A stretch of DNA of 63,947 nt, the filler included, from an uncultured bacterium (GTDB lineage: Bacteria > Hinthialibacterota > Hinthialibacteria > Hinthialibacterales > Hinthialibacteraceae), in assembly GCA_964449065.1 (NCBI GenBank). It is 3 parts of 3 records of this genome, joined end to end, with 100 filler letters (N's around TTAATTAATTAA, not from the genome) between each part and the next. Parts side by side here need not be neighbours in the genome. Positions count along the whole stretch, not along the records: positions 53,274 to 63,947 come from CAYVAZ010000175.1; 2 more parts are not named here. One strand, written 5' to 3'. Position numbers and translations under genes: made by a program. Shown in pieces: positions 60,749 through 63,947 of this stretch. Under the pieces are notes generated by a model. It searched no databases. It worked only from the letters and a program-made list of their open reading frames with translations, and was not told the DNA's origin. Each line of letters starts with the position of its first letter. Positions within the stretch are counted from its first letter, which is position 1.

Positions 60749-61933
60749 ATGAAAAACACGTTTCGATCAACCGCTTTATTGATCTTGCTGACCGGCAGTA
60801 TCCATTCGTTTGCATCCCATCATGAGAGCGATGTTTTGCCGGACGGCATTTGGGTGCGCCCGGGCTATGAATTGACCGTCGCCGATGACACCATCGAAAA
60901 ACCGCGCTTTATGCAAGTAAGCCCGGATGGCGTGTTGTATGTCAGCGTTCCCGCCGAAAACGCAATCAAGGCCTGCTTTGATGAAGACAAAGACGGCAAG
61001 TATGAAACGATCGTGAACTATGTGGAAGGCTACGAAACCGTGCATGGCGTGGAATGGCATGACGGCTGGCTGTGGTTTACCCAAACCGATGCGATCCACA
61101 AAGCAAAAGATACCGACGGTGACGGCAAAGCGGACCAAGTCGAAAAAGTCTTGGGAGAAGATCAAATCCCCAGCAACGGACAAGGGCATTGGTGGCGCGC
61201 CATCTTAATTCACAACGACAGGATCCATACCATGGTTGGCGATCCTTCCAACTTTAGCGAAAACACCGAAGACATGGAACGCACCAAAATCTGGTCGTTC
61301 GCGTTGGATGGTTCTGATAAAAAACTGTTCAGCACCGGCGTACGCAATACGGAAAAGTTTGCCGTGCGCCCCGGAACGGATGAAATCTGGGGCTGCGATC
61401 ATGACATCGACCGCTTGTATGACTCCATCGAACGACGCCGCGAAGAAAACGGCCAGCCGTTTACCGACTTGAACCCCCACGCGGAACTCAACCATTATGT
61501 GGAAGGCGGATTTTACGGGCATCCCTATATCGTTGCCAACCGCCATCCAAACCCCGCTTTCTTTGACAAAGAAGACCTTGTCGAACTTGGGGCGAAAACG
61601 ATTGTGCCGGAATGGCTGTTTCCGTCTCATTGCTCAGCGAATGGGATGGATTTTTACAACCACGATCAGTTCCCGGATGCGAAGGGAGACGCCTTCATTG
61701 CCATGCGGGGTTCCTGGAACAATCAATCCAACAAAGTGGGATATTGCATCCAGCGCGTTTTGTTTGAATATGGCCACCCTTACGGCTCACAAAAAATGGT
61801 CAACTTCTTAAACACCAATGAAGACGTTTTAGGCCGCCCGGCGGATGTAACGGTTGACCTGGACGGCTCATTGCTCATCAGCGACGATACCGAAAATCAT
61901 ATCTACCGTTTGAAATATGTAGGGAACGAGTGA
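60749..61933 (+). CDS. PQQ-dependent sugar/sorbosone dehydrogenase-like beta-propeller
   Basis: PRFM, GVRN, GGFYGHPY, HCSANG, RGSWN, GRPADV...LLISDD. Confidence 0.85.
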   Translation: MKNTFRSTALLILLTGSIHSFASHHESDVLPDGIWVRPGYELTVADDTIEKPRFMQVSPDGVLYVSVPAENAIKACFDEDKDGKYETIVNYVEGYETVHGVEWHDGWLWFTQTDAIHKAKDTDGDGKADQVEKVLGEDQIPSNGQGHWWRAILIHNDRIHTMVGDPSNFSENTEDMERTKIWSFALDGSDKKLFSTGVRNTEKFAVRPGTDEIWGCDHDIDRLYDSIERRREENGQPFTDLNPHAELNHYVEGGFYGHPYIVANRHPNPAFFDKEDLVELGAKTIVPEWLFPSHCSANGMDFYNHDQFPDAKGDAFIAMRGSWNNQSNKVGYCIQRVLFEYGHPYGSQKMVNFLNTNEDVLGRPADVTVDLDGSLLISDDTENHIYRLKYVGNE

Positions 61934-62529
61934 AATCAATATACAACACGGCTGCGGCTATCGGTTGTGCGGCAGCCGTTTTCTTTCTCATCACTTGTCA
62001 AACGATTCCATCCGGTGACCCGGCCGGAAATGACGCACTCGAAACGGCAGCCGTTTATGATCTTGAACATGGGCCATTGACGGTTTATGACAATCATTGC
62101 TCTCGCTGTCATGGAGCAAACGGGTCTTTATATGGAGAGTCTTTTTACAAACTCAGTGAAGAACACATGGAGTATGATGTCTATGACATGATGATAGGGC
62201 CTGCCCAACTGAAACCAACCACCGCGGAAGTTGAGGCGATGAATCAATATCATTTTGCCCTGCAACACAAAATGCCGTTTGCCGGTATTACCAACGCGGA
62301 ATCATTTCTATCCAATCAAACTCGAACGCTGCAAGGCGAAGTCACACCGAATACCGAAATACGGATCAGTAAAAATGATCAGTCTTTTCCTATAGAACCC
62401 AACGGGCAGCGCTGGCAAATTAGCAATCCACCCCAACCGCCATTCACCATTCTAATCAAACGGAATGATCAGACATTGACATATCCTTTCCCAGCTCAAC
62501 AATGGCTTTCTGCTGCAAACTACAAATAA
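61930..62529 (+). CDS. Monoheme cytochrome c lipoprotein
   Basis: Lipobox-like LITC; CSRCHGANG; GTGA overlap with dehydrogenase stop. Confidence 0.75.
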   Translation: MKSIYNTAAAIGCAAAVFFLITCQTIPSGDPAGNDALETAAVYDLEHGPLTVYDNHCSRCHGANGSLYGESFYKLSEEHMEYDVYDMMIGPAQLKPTTAEVEAMNQYHFALQHKMPFAGITNAESFLSNQTRTLQGEVTPNTEIRISKNDQSFPIEPNGQRWQISNPPQPPFTILIKRNDQTLTYPFPAQQWLSAANYK

Positions 62530-62543
62530 AGGAACGTGAAACC

Positions 62544-63218
62544 ATGCTTCAGCGGTATGTGATACTGACATTGTTATTGTTGACTGCATTCGGCCTGCAC
62601 TCGGCGGAAAATGAAGGACCGGAAAAATGGGAAGAAGACATCGCGAAATTTGAAGCAAAAGATAAAGAGTCGTTCCCGCCGGAGGGGGCGGTTTTGTTTA
62701 TAGGCAGTTCCAGCATTCGCGGGTGGGATTTGGAAAAGTGGTTCCCCAATCATAAAACCATCAACCGGGGATTCGGCGGCTCACAGATTGAAGACAGTTT
62801 GTATTATGCCGGCCGCATTGTGATTCCCTACAAGCCCGGCACGATCGTGTTTTACGCGGGCGACAATGACATCGCGAAAGGCAAAACACCCAAACAGGTG
62901 TTTTGGGATTACCAGGCGTTTGTGAAAAAAGTACATGACGCCTTGCCGGATACGGAGATTATTTTTGTCGCGATCAAACCCAGCATGAAACGGTGGGAAC
63001 TGGTGGATAAGATGCGCAAGGCGAACTACTCGATACGTGAATGGTCAAACAATTATCCCTACTTGAAGTTTTTGGATATCGACTCGCCAATGATCGGTGC
63101 GGATGGTAAACCCAAAAAAGAACTGTTTGCGGAAGACGGTTTGCATTTGAATGAGGCCGGGTATAAATTGTGGAGCGGTTTGCTGAAGCAAAAACTGCCG
63201 CCGCCGAAGTTGTATTAA
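62544..63218 (+). CDS. SGNH/GDSL hydrolase
   Basis: FIGSSS, NRGFGGS, YAGDND, DGLHLN. Confidence 0.9.
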   Translation: MLQRYVILTLLLLTAFGLHSAENEGPEKWEEDIAKFEAKDKESFPPEGAVLFIGSSSIRGWDLEKWFPNHKTINRGFGGSQIEDSLYYAGRIVIPYKPGTIVFYAGDNDIAKGKTPKQVFWDYQAFVKKVHDALPDTEIIFVAIKPSMKRWELVDKMRKANYSIREWSNNYPYLKFLDIDSPMIGADGKPKKELFAEDGLHLNEAGYKLWSGLLKQKLPPPKLY

Positions 63219-63314
63219 CGTATTGATACTATCATTTCGATTCACTGTATTGCCTAACATGAAAACCATGGATATCATACTATAAAATCTCTTGTTAAGT
63301 TTTCGATAATACAA

Positions 63315-63557
63315 ATGACACTTGACCGTATTACCATAAACCCAAACCGAATGAATGGGCAGCCCTGCATCCGGGATTTGCGATTAACCGTACGCCGGGT
63401 TATTGAGGCGGCAGCCGTGTATCCAGACAGAGATGAACTACACCAGGAATATCCAGAATTGGAAGATGAAGATATCCAACAAGCGCTTCTGTATGCGGCA
63501 CTCCATCTCGATGACCGGGTTGATGCGGTTCCACTAAGCGATGAAATTGCTTCTTGA
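63315..63557 (+). CDS. DUF433 antitoxin
   Basis: RITINP..MNGQPCIR..R, YPELEDEDI..AL.YAA. Confidence 0.9.
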   Translation: MTLDRITINPNRMNGQPCIRDLRLTVRRVIEAAAVYPDRDELHQEYPELEDEDIQQALLYAALHLDDRVDAVPLSDEIAS

Positions 63558-63906
63558 CCAAGGTATGCCAAGATCCACCGTAGAAATACTCCGTGAAGCC
63601 GGATTTGAAGCGGTTCATACCGGTGACATTGGTTTAGCAACAGCAGATGATGCTGTTATTTTGGAAATGGGAAAGAATCAAGGATGTGTTATAGTCACTT
63701 TGGATGCGGATTTTCACACTATGCTCGCTCTTTCCAGTGATAATTCACCTTCTGTGATCCGGATACGAATTGAACGGTTAAATGGCCAAAAAGCAGGTCG
63801 ATTAATCATCAATATCTTGGATCAATACAAAGAAGAATTAGAGAAAGGTGTAGTTTTAACCGTCCAACCAGATAAGATTCGATTTCGTTTTCTTCCGATC
63901 CAGTAA
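63541..63906 (+). CDS. DUF5615 PIN-like toxin
   Basis: MKLLLDQG, A.DAVI, VTLDADF, PSVIRIR. Confidence 0.9.
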   Translation: MKLLLDQGMPRSTVEILREAGFEAVHTGDIGLATADDAVILEMGKNQGCVIVTLDADFHTMLALSSDNSPSVIRIRIERLNGQKAGRLIINILDQYKEELEKGVVLTVQPDKIRFRFLPIQ

Positions 63907-63947
63907 CATCATCTTGAAATAATTAAGGAATTATCCTTCAAATTTCA

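Overview
Bacterial chromosomal sequence from a draft or metagenome-type assembly. It has three 100-nt gaps; two carry a TTAATTAATTAA six-frame-stop linker, so continuity across 26806-26905 and 53174-53273 is not guaranteed. Housekeeping content includes an H+-type F1Fo ATP synthase operon (atpZ/I-B-E-F-H-A-G-D, cut at a gap), comEC, two adjacent phosphoglucose isomerases of different families and tRNA-Arg(CCG). Cell-envelope content includes GT2/GT4/GT-C glycosyltransferases, a WcaJ-like and a Maf-like transferase, hopanoid-associated hpnO/hpnN-like genes and a probable S-layer protein. Accessory content includes an AT-rich BsuBI/PstI-type R-M pair, three toxin-antitoxin loci (one with a nonsense-disrupted RelE) and an EctR/CosR-like regulator-methyltransferase-osmolyte ABC operon. 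The most striking unexplained feature is a ~620-nt ORF-poor region (52519-53173). It follows a sigma28-like promoter, folds almost continuously into stems whose G-U pairs favour the + strand, and carries an identical 25-nt sequence at the apex of a hairpin at each end. It is a candidate large novel ncRNA. All family calls are from motif recognition by eye; no database searches were run.
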